From Hormiphora californensis (lineage: Eukaryota; Animalia; Ctenophora), in contig CM035355.1 in NCBI GenBank assembly GCA_020137815.1, forward strand, positions 2,294,001-2,358,000: a stretch of 64,000 nt of DNA, read 5' to 3'. Shown here piece by piece: positions 32,058-59,293 of the stretch; position 1 is the stretch's first letter, and every line of letters starts with the position of its first letter. The notes below the pieces were generated by a model. The model searched no databases, had not been told where the DNA came from, and saw nothing but the letters and a program-made list of their open reading frames with translations. Both the position numbers and the translations under genes were made by a program.

Positions 32058-33279
32058 CAATGACTTCACCTAAAAACAGCTCACAATGTGAGTCACATTC
32101 ACAAGGGCAACGGACACGTTGTTCTTGCTTACCGGTACCCAACTGTTTGGTGGATGGATGGTGGATCTGACCGCACTGCACTGTCACGTTCTCGGATTTG
32201 AGAATCAAAACGGGGTCGGCCGCCACCTTGTTGAGTTACTCAACAAGCGCCATCAGAGCTGTCCGGCCAATGCTCTGACCATAGTTCTCGCGCACTCCGC
32301 TCTCCTTATTTGAAGAAATGAGAATAGGGTCAGCCGTCAGGCCAATGCTCTGACAGACCCAGAGTGTTTCGGTGCCGCAAGACCTTGTTTTGGTCTGTCT
32401 GGCTGTACCAGACCCCGATTTGACATTGCGCTCAGAATCTGCGCCGCGGTCCCCATCTGAGTCAGATGGGGTCCGCGGCGCCAGACAGGTTTTGGTTGAA
32501 CCAATGGTTTTCAAAGTGCGCTCAGATCGGGTCGACTCCGCCAGATAGATCAATCTAGACGACAGAGTTGGTGAGTCACCAACAATTCGGGTGCTTGTCT
32601 CAGTCTCCCGGGCCGTTTTTATTATCAAATCAGAGCTCACTCAGTTGCGGAGCGCGCAAGAACTGTGGTCAGAGCATTGGCCTGACAGCTCAGTTGTCCA
32701 TGTCAGTATCACCGAGTGAGATCACGCACGAGAATATCAACAGATGCACTTTCCCTGTCCGAACATTGGCCTGACCCTATTCTCAATTCTTTCTTCTGCA
32801 CGTGGATCTGATTAATGGATTGGCCTGACAGCACTTCCTTTCCGGCTTCCCCCCGATTAACCAACAATTAAAACAGCATTTCTTATCATCATGAATTAGG
32901 TACCAAACAATGTATAGAGATGGGGGAATAAATGAATAACCCTTCTTTCTTCCTCATTTCTCACACTTGTGTTCGGAGCTTTGCAATTTGCATGTTTACA
33001 CAACTTTTCTTTAAAAATTCCACCTTTCTAATCTCTCACGTGTTTTGACCTCTTGCAGTAAACGAAATTCTCGTAATAGGAGTTTTAGCAATTGTCTTAA
33101 AAACATGTACATACAGAGACACACGACTTATCATATGAAGGGCTGCTCCATTCGATTCTCAATTCATTAAATCAAATGAAACTAAAAATATTTATATTAG
33201 GCAGGCGACAGCACGTTTAGTTCTCACGTTTTAGGAAATACTTCTAGGGACAATCTTATGAATATTCGAGACAGTCTGA

Positions 33280-33328
<49 letters not shown>

Positions 33329-33330
33329 TT

Positions 33331-33403
<73 letters not shown>

Positions 33404-33658
33404 CATCATCCTCTCACTCAATGTAAAAACTAGAAAAAACATCAAAATAATAGTATACAATTACACGGGTACCTATTGTTTCTCTATGAGACACGTTAGT
33501 ATAAGGGGACGACATGTGGAAAGGAATTGTCACTCTCCCTTCATTTCTCTCTCTCTCTCACTCACTCTCTCACTCTCTCTCTCTCACTCTCTCACTCACT
33601 CCCTGGTGGCAAGTCGCAGTTCATCTTCCTCTCGCTCACTCTCATTTTGCAGGGCATT

Positions 33659-41985
<8,327 letters not shown>

Positions 41986-42193
41986 CTAAATGGGTGACTG
42001 GGATGGTTAGTTGGGGATTAACATCAGAACACAACTAACACGAGCAACAAAATGACAGGTAGCTGGCGAGTTGCCATGGTGGTTGGTGTCCATGTGCATC
42101 ATCACCAAGATAACATTTGATATTCTGCTTTATAGCCTTAACTAACTTTACACACATAGTTTCTGCCTTGATTGTGGGCTAGCTTCGGGAGGA

Positions 42194-45100
42194 GTGGGCA
42201 TGACGAGATTGAGTAAACAAAGAAGTAAGGAACTGAAAGCTTCTCTTGATGATGGCACCACCAGAGATTACATTAAGAAAAACAACATTGACCAGATGGA
42301 GGTGATCATGTTGCTTTTTGAGGGCCAACAGAAGTTGATTGAACAGCAGCAAACTCAGCTCACGCAATTGGAAACCATCGCCAGCCTTCAGGGCGAGATT
42401 TGTGGCTTGAAGCAGCTTGTTTCTGACCTTGAAGTGCGTGTTTTTGAGCTTGAAGAGCATGCTAAATCTGCTCCTGCTGTTGTGACCCAGCCTGCTAATG
42501 ATGACAGACTGCTTGAACTCGAGGCCTACTCCGGTAGGAACACAATCATCCTCGCCAGACTACCCGACAGTAAGGATGAGTCTCCAGCTGCTCTCAAGGA
42601 GAGTGTTATTAACATCATTGGAGAGGGTACTGATATCACCCGGGACCATATTGGCCATGTACACAGGAATGGTAGCTGGAATGAGACAGCGGTGAAACCG
42701 AGATCTGTTACTGTTGTCCTGACACACTCCCACCTGAAGGATCAACTGATGAAGAAGACCTCGAGGAAGAGGATACAAGAGACTCGCAATGTTGATCTGT
42801 ACCATAGGATGAGTAAAGGACTTGCCGAGAGAAAGAGAGATCTTGAGAAGTTAAAATCTATCGAATGGGTTTATTTTGCGGGGCACAGGATGTTCACTGT
42901 TAAGTTTAAAGACAAGGATAAGGTGATGCACAATGTCACTAGTCTGAAAGTCACAGACTCAGACTAGCCACATTATGCACTCTATTAGATATTTATCATC
43001 ATTCTATGACCTTGTTTCATATTTACTTTTTACTGGGTACTATTGTTTTTCATAAAAACTTGCCCATTTACCTGTGCATGCTATCCCCCATTGTGTTCCC
43101 CCTATTTATTATCCCCCTTGCTTCCCCCTCTAAACTGTTTAACTAAACCATGCCTCTCTCTCCCACACTGTATGTCATGCTCGAAATGTATGCTGATGGA
43201 GTGGTGCTGGACGATGTTGCTGGAGCGGCTGTTTGGGGCACCCTTTTCTGGATTCAAGGTAGGTCACCGGGTGCTGTCTCCCCCCTTTATCTAGCTCTAA
43301 TTAATAAAGTTCTTCTGACTCAGTGTAATTGCTCTATTATTAACCCTGGTCCTCTAACTGCCTTGTACTGTAACGTCCAGGGGCTGGTCAGTCCAGGCCA
43401 CCTAGGACTGGCTGACCCTCCCCTGGATGTCACCAAAGTTATTGAATGTCAAGATTATATCTACACACATAAAACAGACATTGTTATTCTCAATGAGACC
43501 TGGTTTAAGAGTAAGATCAACTCTAGCGCCTTGTTTCCTAAAGACTACAAGGTTTTTCGTCTAGATCGGTCCCTCAAAACCCACCCGTTTGATCCTGATA
43601 ATCCTTTGCGGTTCAGGAAAAACGGTGGTGGTGTTTTGATTGCTGTTAGAGAAGATTTGAATATTAGTAGTTACAAGATGGCATCCATAGCATGATCTAT
43701 AGAAAGTGTGCAGGTGCATTAGCTTATCCTTTATCGTTACTTTACAACATTGCCTACAGCATTGGTAGTTTACCTACTATATGGAGGACTGCCAATGTTG
43801 TACCAGTACACAAGAAGGGAGATAAGAAGGATGTCCGTAACTACCGACCTATCTCCCTGACTTGTATTGCTATGAAGATCTTGGAGAGACTTGTTAATTA
43901 TCAGCTCTTAGAGAAGTGTTACAGTAAGTTGGATCCTAGACAGCACGGCTTCCTTCCCGGAAAGTCCTGTTTAACCCAACTTATTCCCTTTCTCGATGAT
44001 CTCACTCACTCAAATCATAACAGAGAAGCAGTTGACATTGTGTATTATGATTTTTCTAAAGCATTTGATAGTGTTAACCATGATATTCTTTTGGAGAAGT
44101 TGAAATATATGTTTAATATTGATGGTAAAATGTTTAATTTATTGCGCTGTTATCTTTTGGGGAGGAAGCAGAGAGTTGTTATCAGTGGCAGCCAGTCGGA
44201 CCTTATTGATGTGCTGTCTGGGGTCCCTCAAGGCTCCATCTTGGGACCCCTTCTCTTTATCATGTTCATCAATGATGTATTTTTGACTACTAGAGGGAAT
44301 ACCAAGATGGCCCTTTTTGCTGACGATATTAAAACTTGGAGCGTTATAACTTGTGAGTCTGACATTATGAATCTTCAGTTTACTATTGACAATCTTTACA
44401 AGTGGTCGTGTGTGAATAAGATGAATTTTCACCCGGACAAATGTCGAGTCATTTCCATGTCTCCCAGGATCGGATATTTGTCCTGGGGTCAATTACCTTT
44501 CTTTCAACCTTCTTATAATCTCAACTGTAACATTCTTGATATTGTTGACTACCAGCGTGACTTAGGAGTATTTGTATCTTCTAATCTTTCTTGGAGCTTT
44601 CACTTTGAATATGTACTTCAGCAATTTATTGATCGTTTTAACTTACTTAGAAGAACCTACTACTATCTCAGTAATATCAACCAGAAGCGTACTCTTTATC
44701 TTACTATGGTGAGATCAATGCTAGTTCACTGTTGCCATATCTGGGCACCCCAAGCTATTGGTTTGATAAACAAGCTAGAGGCTGCTCAGAAGCGCTGTGT
44801 GAAATGGATCTTTAACATTAGTTATTTAGTTAGGTGGAGCTCAAATTATTATCATTCACAACTTGCTAATATTGGACTTGTACCCGTTGATGTTTTCTTT
44901 AAGATTAATGATATGAAACTTTTCTACAGAATTATCCATGGTCTAGTTTATCTTGAGCTACCCCCCTATCTCTCTATCGCTAAACCTAGTGACTTTAACC
45001 GTTTGACACGTAGCAATTATGATATTACTAACTATAATGACGTTACCTACATTATTTGTTCGATAGAATTTCCCTCTAGTGTACTTCGTAATAGCTATTT

Positions 45101-45541
45101 CTATAGATCCCATATACTTTGGAACTTAATTCCATACCACATACGTCAGTGTCACAGTTATCTTAGCTTTTCTAGGCAAATTAAGACGTTTCTCTTTAAC
45201 CCCCTACCAACGTAACTTTGACAGCACTCGGTGACCCCCCCCCCCCTCTCTGAGGGGCACTTGACCAAATCCTACAGGGTGTTTCCTGCGGTCCGTCTCC
45301 AGCACTCTCCTCCGCACTCCTCCTACTGATATTGAACATTGAGCAGCAGCCGCATGCAGTGACTGGGAGGGATTAGATGCAAAGTGACTGTTTTATTTTT
45401 CTAACAAGGACTTTAAACTGACGTTGGGGCAGCCTGTAAGAGCGGGTTAACCCTGTGTTGGCTGCCCTAGATTGAGTAGTGTGTGTTCTATAACCATTTA
45501 TTTATAAATTTACTCATTCTAAATTTTCTCAATAAAAAAAA
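42194..45541 (+). mobile_element. CR1/L2-group LINE retrotransposon with an internal deletion in ORF2
   Basis: ORF1 42194-42967 has a coiled coil and GRNTIILARLP. The N-half of the APE endonuclease at 43150-43695 (YCNVQGL, DIVILNETW, GGGVLIAVR) is fused abruptly to RT 43692-45215 (NYRPISLT, QHGF, DFSKAFDSV, GVPQGSILGP, FADD). A 3' AATAAAAAAA lies at ~45531. The 5' boundary is approximate. Confidence 0.92.
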
Positions 45542-46228
45542 TTAGAATTTAGAATAGTACTTAAATTGGTAAAAACACTGAACACACTTATCTAACGACC
45601 CACAAAAGCGGGGGAGCCTACTTCGAACCGTCCGGAGGCTGGACTCACCCACAAGTTGTTCGAAAGAGGCTCCAGTTCACACGAGTAACGACTCGTAAAA
45701 CAAAAAAATAAGCAGGACCCAGGGCGCAGTCCCGACAGAGAGCAAGCTTGCACAGCCAAGTTAGTTATGGCCGACTTGGCATCGGGAGACTGGCCCAGAG
45801 CCCGGTCAACAATTGCTCCCTGTAGCCAACTGGTCCAGGCCCCAAAAAGTTGCATTGTAAGCAATATATTAATCATCTCGTTCTCTGCAACGAAGCGCTA
45901 GTTGTCATGGAATGGGGTAAATCGTTAATCGACGAGCGAAAGAAGATTTTGCGATTTTTTTCTTCGTTTGTTTAATTTTTAACTTTCGAAAATTATTATA
46001 TTTTTATTCTTCATGCGCGGCGCTTGATTTGATAATGTTTGCGCTGCAAAGTAACTCGCGCGTCCGGTCCAGTTTTTTGTTTTCAAAATTTGGCACATTT
46101 TTTTGAAAATCACAAAAACGGGGGGGGGTCGGCCGATATTGGCCTTGAATATAAATAGTGGTACACACACTTACAATGTCAATAATAAATTAAACAAACG
46201 GGGTCAATAAATTATATAAATAAAAGAT

Positions 46229-47665
46229 TTAGTCTATTTGGTAGATACTGTCATCCCGACCGCTGCTGCCTTCTGCCCTCAGTCGTCCGCGGTGCCCCCT
46301 GATGGAAATGGTGACGGAGCGGACCATGGCAAATGACAACCTTAGCCTCAGGTACCGGATACACTGATCGTATGAATATCCTGTTTTAGTCGCCTTCTTC
46401 TCAGCCAATTGTTTCAAAGTCTTATTAAATTCCCTTCCAAGGCCCCCTGTAGTTGACATGACCAGTGGTGTGAATGTTGACTTTTCCACCTCTAGGACAC
46501 GGTGGAGGTAGGATGTTTTCTTCTCTCTCTCGTGTTTTTCATATGTTTTGGCGATGGTCTGGTTTGAGTTGGACGATATCCTTGGATTGAAAATCCTTAC
46601 ATCGAAATAGATATTGTCCATATCCGACCAAAAGCCGCGACTACTGATGTCAAGTCTGGCGCCATCGGCTGTTATAGTGCCAGCCGGAAGATTCACCCCT
46701 CTAACATTTAGGAGATGGGGTTCGATCTTAGTGTCGACACATACTTTATTCAGTTCGTGGCCAATGAAATCTCTCACGTTGTTGTGTCGGAAACATACAA
46801 AACCTCCGAGTTTACAGGATATGAGGTGATCGATGGTGTTTTCTTCCCCACATGCACAATGCTGAGGTAAGGCCTGTCCGACGAGAGGCAGGTTATAACG
46901 GGCTGACATGGCGTCGTGCCACTCCTGTCTGTTGAGGGTGAAGTTCAAAGATTGGAGAGGGAGACATGTTAACCAGGATGAGGCCCCCTTTTCCATGAGT
47001 AGGTCCAGGTTTCTGATTTCAGCTGTAGTCATCATGTTTTTGATCTCGTCGATTTTCTTCTGATGAATATCGTTCTTGGTTCGGTGGATGAGGGTTTTCT
47101 TCTCTGCTCGTTCCTTTTGGTTGATTTTGAATGTTTCCTGTTGAGCTAGGACTGCAACTGAGAGCTCTTCAGTAACAAACTTTGAGAAACTGTAGTCTGA
47201 GTCTGATGATATTTGAGGGTTGTCTACTCCTAGTCCTCCGAATCTTACAGGGAGGGCTGCAACCAATCTCAAGGTTTCATTTACAACTGGCTGACCGGTT
47301 ATCGCCGGGAGGAGCTTCTGATGAATTTTCTCCTCAATAGTGCCTAGTTGGTCCGAAATCCCAGGAGTGGTTCTCATGAGATAGCTCCAACGTTTTGATA
47401 GTCCGATGTTGTATGCAGTGTATGCAAGCTGAGGTTCGTTCAGGGCAATATCACAAATCTGATCAATTTCACTCTCCCATTTCGCAACTTCGTTCCTCAC
47501 AAACTCTGCCTGACCTTCCTCCGTACCAATGTATGAACCCAGGTAACGCTGGCCCTGAGAAGTGATGTTTACATCAGGGAACATGGATCGAGCAGCTTCT
47601 TCAAATTCTGGTTTCACAATCAGCCAGGATTTCCCTGGATTTGGGAGATAGCCATAATCACAAAA
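46229..47665 (-). mobile_element. 5'-truncated RLE-type non-LTR retrotransposon (CRE-like clade)
   Basis: RT C-terminus/thumb (YLGSYIG, LPVRFGGLG), Zn-knuckle CACG...H..SC, RHN, and restriction-like endonuclease ARLDISSRGFW...FDVR...EKK. Confidence 0.85.
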
Positions 47666-48141
47666 ACCAAAAAAGTCTTGAAAAGCGCTGCCTTGTCCCC
47701 ATCGGGGGCCAGTAGCGTTTGCCAAATTTTGATTAATTTCGTGACCCCTGCACCCTGTTCGCGTGGCCCTCCCCTACACCGGTTTCACCCACCGCCCCTG
47801 ACCATTGAGTATTGACCGCTACTGCCGCCCTGGCCCCGGACGCACAGGGATACGCTGGGCCGGAAGCGCAGCTCCGCCTCTGGCACAGGGCAGTGGGAAC
47901 TGCCCTTTCCATCTTGACTAGTAGACGATTTAAAAAAAACTGTTCCTATACATTTTGCCTTTACGGTTATTGTGTTCACCATTCGCCACCTCGTACCGTA
48001 GACTGTCGAATTGGTTTCGTGAGTCGTGTGTATTGGAAACTGGGTTAGCCCAGACGGTTGACCAATATACAATTTCTCTCCCCACTCGATAATGTTATTC
48101 CGTATCCCGTTTAAATTTTTTGTTTTTAAGATAGTTAAGAA

Positions 48142-53442
<5,301 letters not shown>

Positions 53443-54614
53443 ATCACCTCTCCCCCTCCCTCTTTCTGGATGACTACTCTCTCTGCCTAGATCTACAATT
53501 GCAAGATACATCATCATTATGTGGTGTATTGTTGTGACCTCACTATTTGAGAGAGAGAAGAAGATGTGACGATGTATTGGATATAGGATATTATGGTCCA
53601 TTTTTTGTGCAAAACCCACACTCCCTATTATCGATATGTGGTTAATGTTTGGTGTGTTATTATCTATGACTAGGAACACTTTTTTGTGTACGCAATTCCC
53701 CGTCAAGGAGACCCTTTTTTAGATTTTTATTTCTACGCCAGTGTTGAGAGGTGTGTCAACATTTTTTGTTGACACCCTGTACTCACCTGGCGTGTGTTTA
53801 CCCCATTTTTTATTGCTAAAATTAGTGCCCACCTCTCATGACATTATTATCTGACCAAATGTGTAGATCTCATCATTCCTCATTCCCTGTGTAGGCATTA
53901 TTATATCCCTCACTGTGTGTAGCATGTGTGAATTTGTCTGCATATTGTCTGTTGCATCCCTAGTATAAAGTATAAACTATGATTGATTTCGTTGGTAAAA
54001 TCGAACTGTTTTACTTGTTCTAACAGAAACACGGTTTCAAAATGATATGGATGGAGAAGCGTTGGAGGCTCCAGTTGCAGTTGAACTGGCCGATTCGGGG
54101 TACTTCTTTCTAAATGAACGCGCGTGCAATTCTGCGCGAAGGAGATAACAGTGGTGTCGATGCGCGTTACGTTTATGGTTCTGTGGAGAATGGGATCGGT
54201 CACTAAACAGTGCGTACTGGGCACTTCAGTCGCTTCCAGTTTCGGCCAGAACGAGTTACTGCTCCATTCACTTAGTAGTTAGTTTTAAAAGTAAAAACTA
54301 AAGAAACACAAATATATTTTGTGGTAAATGGAATACTTTCAAACAACACACCAAACACAACAAACACAATACGAAATACAATAACTCTGTTTATAGATTT
54401 AAATCTTAAATAGACATCTCAATATAGTTAAATTTGCTAGATATTGATATTTCAATCAACGCCAGGTTGACTGTTAAATTCACATCTCGCCAAAAATAAA
54501 ACAAGTCCTCTAATTTTGCTATCTACTGTCAAGTGTAAAGGGGCGGAGTGAGGATAGAACTATGGACAGTACCTGACAGTAAACAGAAAACAAATTTAAA
54601 GCAGTGACAACAAG

Positions 54615-57600
54615 TCAATCGTCCATTTCATCTTTATACTTAGCTATCCTAAACGGTTTATAGTCCACGGGCATTGCCTCTTTTCCAAACTTGGTCATAC
54701 TCCCCACCAACAACAACTCGTTACCCCTATAATGAGTCCTGAGAACCCCATTAAACATGCCCCGGACAATATCAACATTCCACATATGAAGACACCCGGC
54801 TAGTGCCAGAGCTTGTCTTGTCTCTTGGCTATCCCGTTGGTAATAAAACATCACCAGCACGTCCTTACCCTCAGATATGGTTTGGCTATCACACGGGTCA
54901 ATTTTCCAGTCGATTGGAGTAGCGACTGAGATTAGCTCAGTTATGTGTGTTATGTATGCGGCTCGGTCCAGTTTGTCCAAGTTGGCTAGATCGTAATGTT
55001 CTCCTGTCGCAATGACTTTCTGCCGAAAGTATCCATTGAAAAACTCGTTAAACACATTTGCACCCTCCTTCCCAATGTGGAATGTTCTAGAAACATCAGG
55101 GTACAGGGTGTCTAAACCCCGGGATTTGAGGACCTCCCTCATATACAGGTCCCAGCTGTGGCCCTGACAGCATTTTGGCCACGATGGTTGGACTACTTCC
55201 ATCCAGGCCCAATGGGACATGAGCCAACCCAGCCCGGGGAAGAACTGAGATCGGTAGATCATGGTAGGGTCACTGGAGGCGTGTTGGTATCCATTATCAT
55301 TCCAAGAACTGGCGCTAAATAGTGTTTTATCACGTTTCAGCACGGGCACTAATTGGGAGAAATAATCGAAGAAGTCCGGGGCTACAATCAGGTCATCTTC
55401 CATAACAATAATGAATTCTTTGGTGGGGTACATTTCCCAGATGATATCCAGGGACCGCTTGTAGTTTGTGGCAATGTGGTCCGCGTGGTTAAATGTATCC
55501 TCTTTGTGGACGTTAGAGTCAGTTTTGGGGAACCTGCAGGGATATGTGTGTGTGTTAAATTGTGGAATATTGTGTGTCGTTGGGCTGAGGGCTCACGGAT
55601 CATTCTCCCGCTATTTCTGTTTGCCCAACCCTTCACAAAATAGGTGACACTGTCTCAAACTTATTGTCTAAATTAGCCCATATTATACCTGACAAGCCTG
55701 ATACCAAACTGTCGTGCCACAGCAAAAGTTTCCTCTTCATACCCATCTTGGAAGACCACCACCTGCTCTTTCGCAAAGCCAGGTGCCTTGAACATTGAAG
55801 CGATAACTTGTCTCAAATATCCACCCCTATTACCCGCCACTATCATTACCGGAAACGAACCAGCCAGCATGGGTTGAACAGGTGAGGGTAGGACAGGTCG
55901 TGTCCAAGACCTTTTACAGAAGTCTCCGTAATTATCGTATGTGGCACAAAACTCATGGTGGGACTCGGCAAGGACGGCAGGACTGTCGATCATGGTTGGG
56001 ACGCACTGGGAGAGAGCTACAGGAACTGCCCACTCGTTGCTATCAATTGGCCGCTTTTTAGCCTCGTATGGAGATATAGTTGTAGTACCAACCTGTAATG
56101 GGAGTTGGGGGTGTTTATTCGTAGCGGGTAGCCAGGTTGACAATCTTATGTATCAACAATAAGCCTACAATGGGTATGGAAGCTCCATTTTTACACCCCC
56201 CCCCCCTTCGGTATGAGTACAGAGCCTCTAAAGAGTATGATAATCAGACACTCATACTAACATGCCTTCTCACCTGTCCAACGAAAGCCCAGGAATCTCT
56301 CCACCCCAAATCGTGGATGAGAGTACTACCCAGTTTCTCTATAGCTAACCGGGCCTCCATGCTCAGTTTGGAACTCGCCTCATCCTGAGAAACGAATACA
56401 ACCATCCTTTCTTCGTTTAGTGAGTTGATTATATCTACCATATCAATACCTGAAATATATGGTTGTTATGTTGTAACCCTTCTTTATAATAGGGGGAGGA
56501 TCGAACAAGGGAAATATATGGAATATGAAGTTGGGAGGTTAAATCTGGACGATGGATCATATATGGATTGAAAATGTGTATTGTATGTACTTACTACTTA
56601 GTACTTAGTACTAGTACTTAGTACTAGTAAGTGGTAAGGAATTCTAGATATTTTACGATGGATATAGAATAGATCTAATGATTGTGTCCTCCAGTCTTGA
56701 AATAGTTTTTGTTGAATTTGAGATTATCTACACAGTACACACAGACAGTTGTACATGTGTGTGACGTCACATATCATCAGACGTGTACACATTCTGTAAT
56801 GAGGGATCAAATACAGTGCGCTCTCTCCCTCTCTCTATCTCTCTCTATCTCTCTTTCTAGCTATCTCTCTCCCTGTCTGCGTGTATCTCAGTACAGTAAT
56901 TAAAGCTAATGGGAGAATCACATAAGCGGATGTATCATGGATTGACGTGTGTACAGATCAGAACTGTGTATCAGAATTCAGATCTCTAACTTTTTCGGGA
57001 GGTATTTATTTATCATTTTGTCACGTCGCTATTGAAATGGAAAGGGGCGTGTAAAATATGTTCGTCTGTCCGATATTCGGTTGTGTAATGTGTTTGTTTG
57101 TCACCTGTGCCGATGGAACGACGCACGGTTATTGGAGCACACTAGACAAACAAAGACAGAGAGACTGTATTTTACACAAAGATGCCGTGCAGAACGTATT
57201 AACAAATTGACAAATATCTGAAGCTCAAACCATAAATTGTAGTGCTTATTCACCAAAAAGACAACAGGAAAACGGAAGGGGCCGGCTGAAGTTGGGTCGA
57301 AAACTTCAAACTCTCAGCCGGCAGCCACCCCCCCCCCACTACAGGACAACAGCTGTAGACAACAATCCTACCTGGATTTTGGTAGGTATCAAAGTTGTAA
57401 ACACTACCAGCAGTTCCTCTCTCACTGTTGATCACCACAAAGTTCAAACCTCGAGCTGTTTTCCATGCTGGCAGAACCTGTAGATGGTGTTCAATACAAC
57501 ATTCGGACTACTAGGTAATGCACATTTTGAACAACCAAGTACTTGAATTGTCCATACACAGTACAGTGTCAGGCGACTCTATCAAATACATTACTCACAT

Positions 57601-58159
57601 TACATTACAATACATTTACTTACATCCTTTCCGTTTAGGCACACTTTAACTCGTCGTGGTCCCCCCTCTGCGTATATATGTTGGTGATCACTCGGACAAC
57701 TCGGGACAGGAGGACATAAATCTGATGCCACCACATCCCCCTCCTCGACATTTGTAGCAACTTTCTCCCCCAGTTTAGGTTTACTATCACTGTGTTCCTC
57801 AACAGCTGCTGGTATGAGACCCGCCTGTTCTGCCTCGTGTTGAGCTACCGGATTCAATCCTAAATCTGAAATATATTGTTGGCTCTTATTGTTTAATATA
57901 CCTCTAACAAAAAGTGTTACATAAATATTTTTTGTTAAATTTGAAGGATTAAGATACCTATGTGTGGCAGTTTATCCTCCACTTCTACTTCCCCTTCCTC
58001 AGCATAAATGGCAAGTATCATCTGTGCGTTGACATAGCATAGAGCGATAATAAGAAATATCGCCAGTCGCTCAGTTGTAAGTGGCCCTTTTTTCCAATAT
58101 AGAAACTTTTCCAGGGGCGTCAGTGGCCCCCTCATCCGGAGGCGTCTTGCTTTAGTCAT
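54615..58159 (-). CDS. POMGNT1-like GT13 N-acetylglucosaminyltransferase (type II membrane protein with ILEI/stem domain)
   Basis: N-terminal TM (LAIFLIIALCYVNA), ILEI-like segments (GLNFVVINSERG...FDTY, QDEAS, LGWRDSWAFVG), and a GT13 catalytic region (MEDDLIVAPDFFDYF, SSWNDNGY, FFPGLGW, WDLYMRE, PDVSRTFHIG). Confidence 0.85.
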
Positions 58160-58323
58160 GTTAAGTAGAGAGGGATGCTACATTGCTAGACGGATAATAT
58201 GTGTTTAGGTAGAAACTAGGATTACCGTGTGAAAGTCAGTGTGACCACTGACCATTGTTCGAAATAGCGCTTACTTACAAATTTCTCATCTTGCTCTCTT
58301 CAGATAAACTGTCGAAAAGATTA

Positions 58324-59131
58324 TAGTCAGGACCACTATTGGTGCGCGGTCGTACCCACGGAAGGAGTGCTTGGATCATCTTGAAATCGGTTTTAACTTA
58401 ACTAATACATGCCCAAAAGTGTCTGTAGCCATTTGGGTGATGTTCTGACAATCCAATCACGAGTTATGACCGAAAAACAGTCAAAAAAGACGTTTTAAAG
58501 TGACAAAAAGGAGGATCTGAACACAGCCCTTATATGAAGGGCTGGGGCTTTGAAACTTCTTGTGTGGACAGAGAATCGTCCAAATTTGCAGTGTCAACTT
58601 TCAGATAGTTTCTATCTTTTGTAGTTATCTAATTAGAGTCGTTTAAACATGTGAGAAGTTGCTAAAGGGCCCTATAATACTGCTTGTGAAGTGATCACTT
58701 GACGAGATTTGCCCAATTAGAGAGCGGATTAAAGCATACAAGCGGTGAGAGCAAGCAATATGAGCCGGAAGCAGTACCTAATCACTCTATTTTGTAGGGT
58801 CATATAGGTTGTCTCACATGTTTAAACGACTCTAATTAGATAACTACAAAAGATAGAAACTATCTGAAAGTTGACACTGCAAATTTGGACGATTCTCTGT
58901 CCACACAAGAAGATTTAAAGCCCCAGCCCTTCATATAAGGGCTGTGTTCAGATCCTCCTTTTTGTCACTTTTGACTGTTTTTCGGTCATAACTCGTGATT
59001 GGATTGTCAGAACATCACCCAAATGGCTACAGACACTTTTGGGCATGCATTAGTGAACTTAAAACCGGTTTCAAGATGATCCAAGCACTCCTTCCGTGGG
59101 CACGACTGCGCACCAATAGTGGTCCTGACTA
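58324..59131. mobile_element. Foldback/MITE with ~330-bp inverted arms and TTA target duplication (PIF/Harbinger-like)
   Basis: TAGTCAGGACCACTATTGG...CCAATAGTGGTCCTGACTA, with arms ~58324-58657 and ~58812-59131 and TTA on both sides. Confidence 0.85.
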
Positions 59132-59293
59132 TTAGCGAACAAGGGTGGAAAACCGGAAAGAGACAATGAAAACTCGATCGACTAAAAACTAAAAACAACG
59201 TATAATAAAAAAGAGCCCGTAGTATACAATAAAATTTGTTTGATGGAGCTATTACAGAAAATGAATTATACAATTGCTAAACTGACGAACAGC

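Noticed and set aside
32180-32830. ORFs and palindromes (e.g. 32440-32481) as a gene
   Set aside because: No protein motifs. Repeated and inverted segments, with a related piece at ~33845, suggest a degraded non-autonomous element with undefined ends.
45590-45870. GC-rich hairpin-rich island as a ribozyme or ncRNA
   Set aside because: Could not be fitted to an HDV-like, hammerhead or tRNA fold by eye. An Infernal/Rfam search would be needed.
54270-54310. Possible spliced-leader RNA gene
   Set aside because: AT-rich resemblance only. No clear leader-GT donor plus Sm-site arrangement could be identified.
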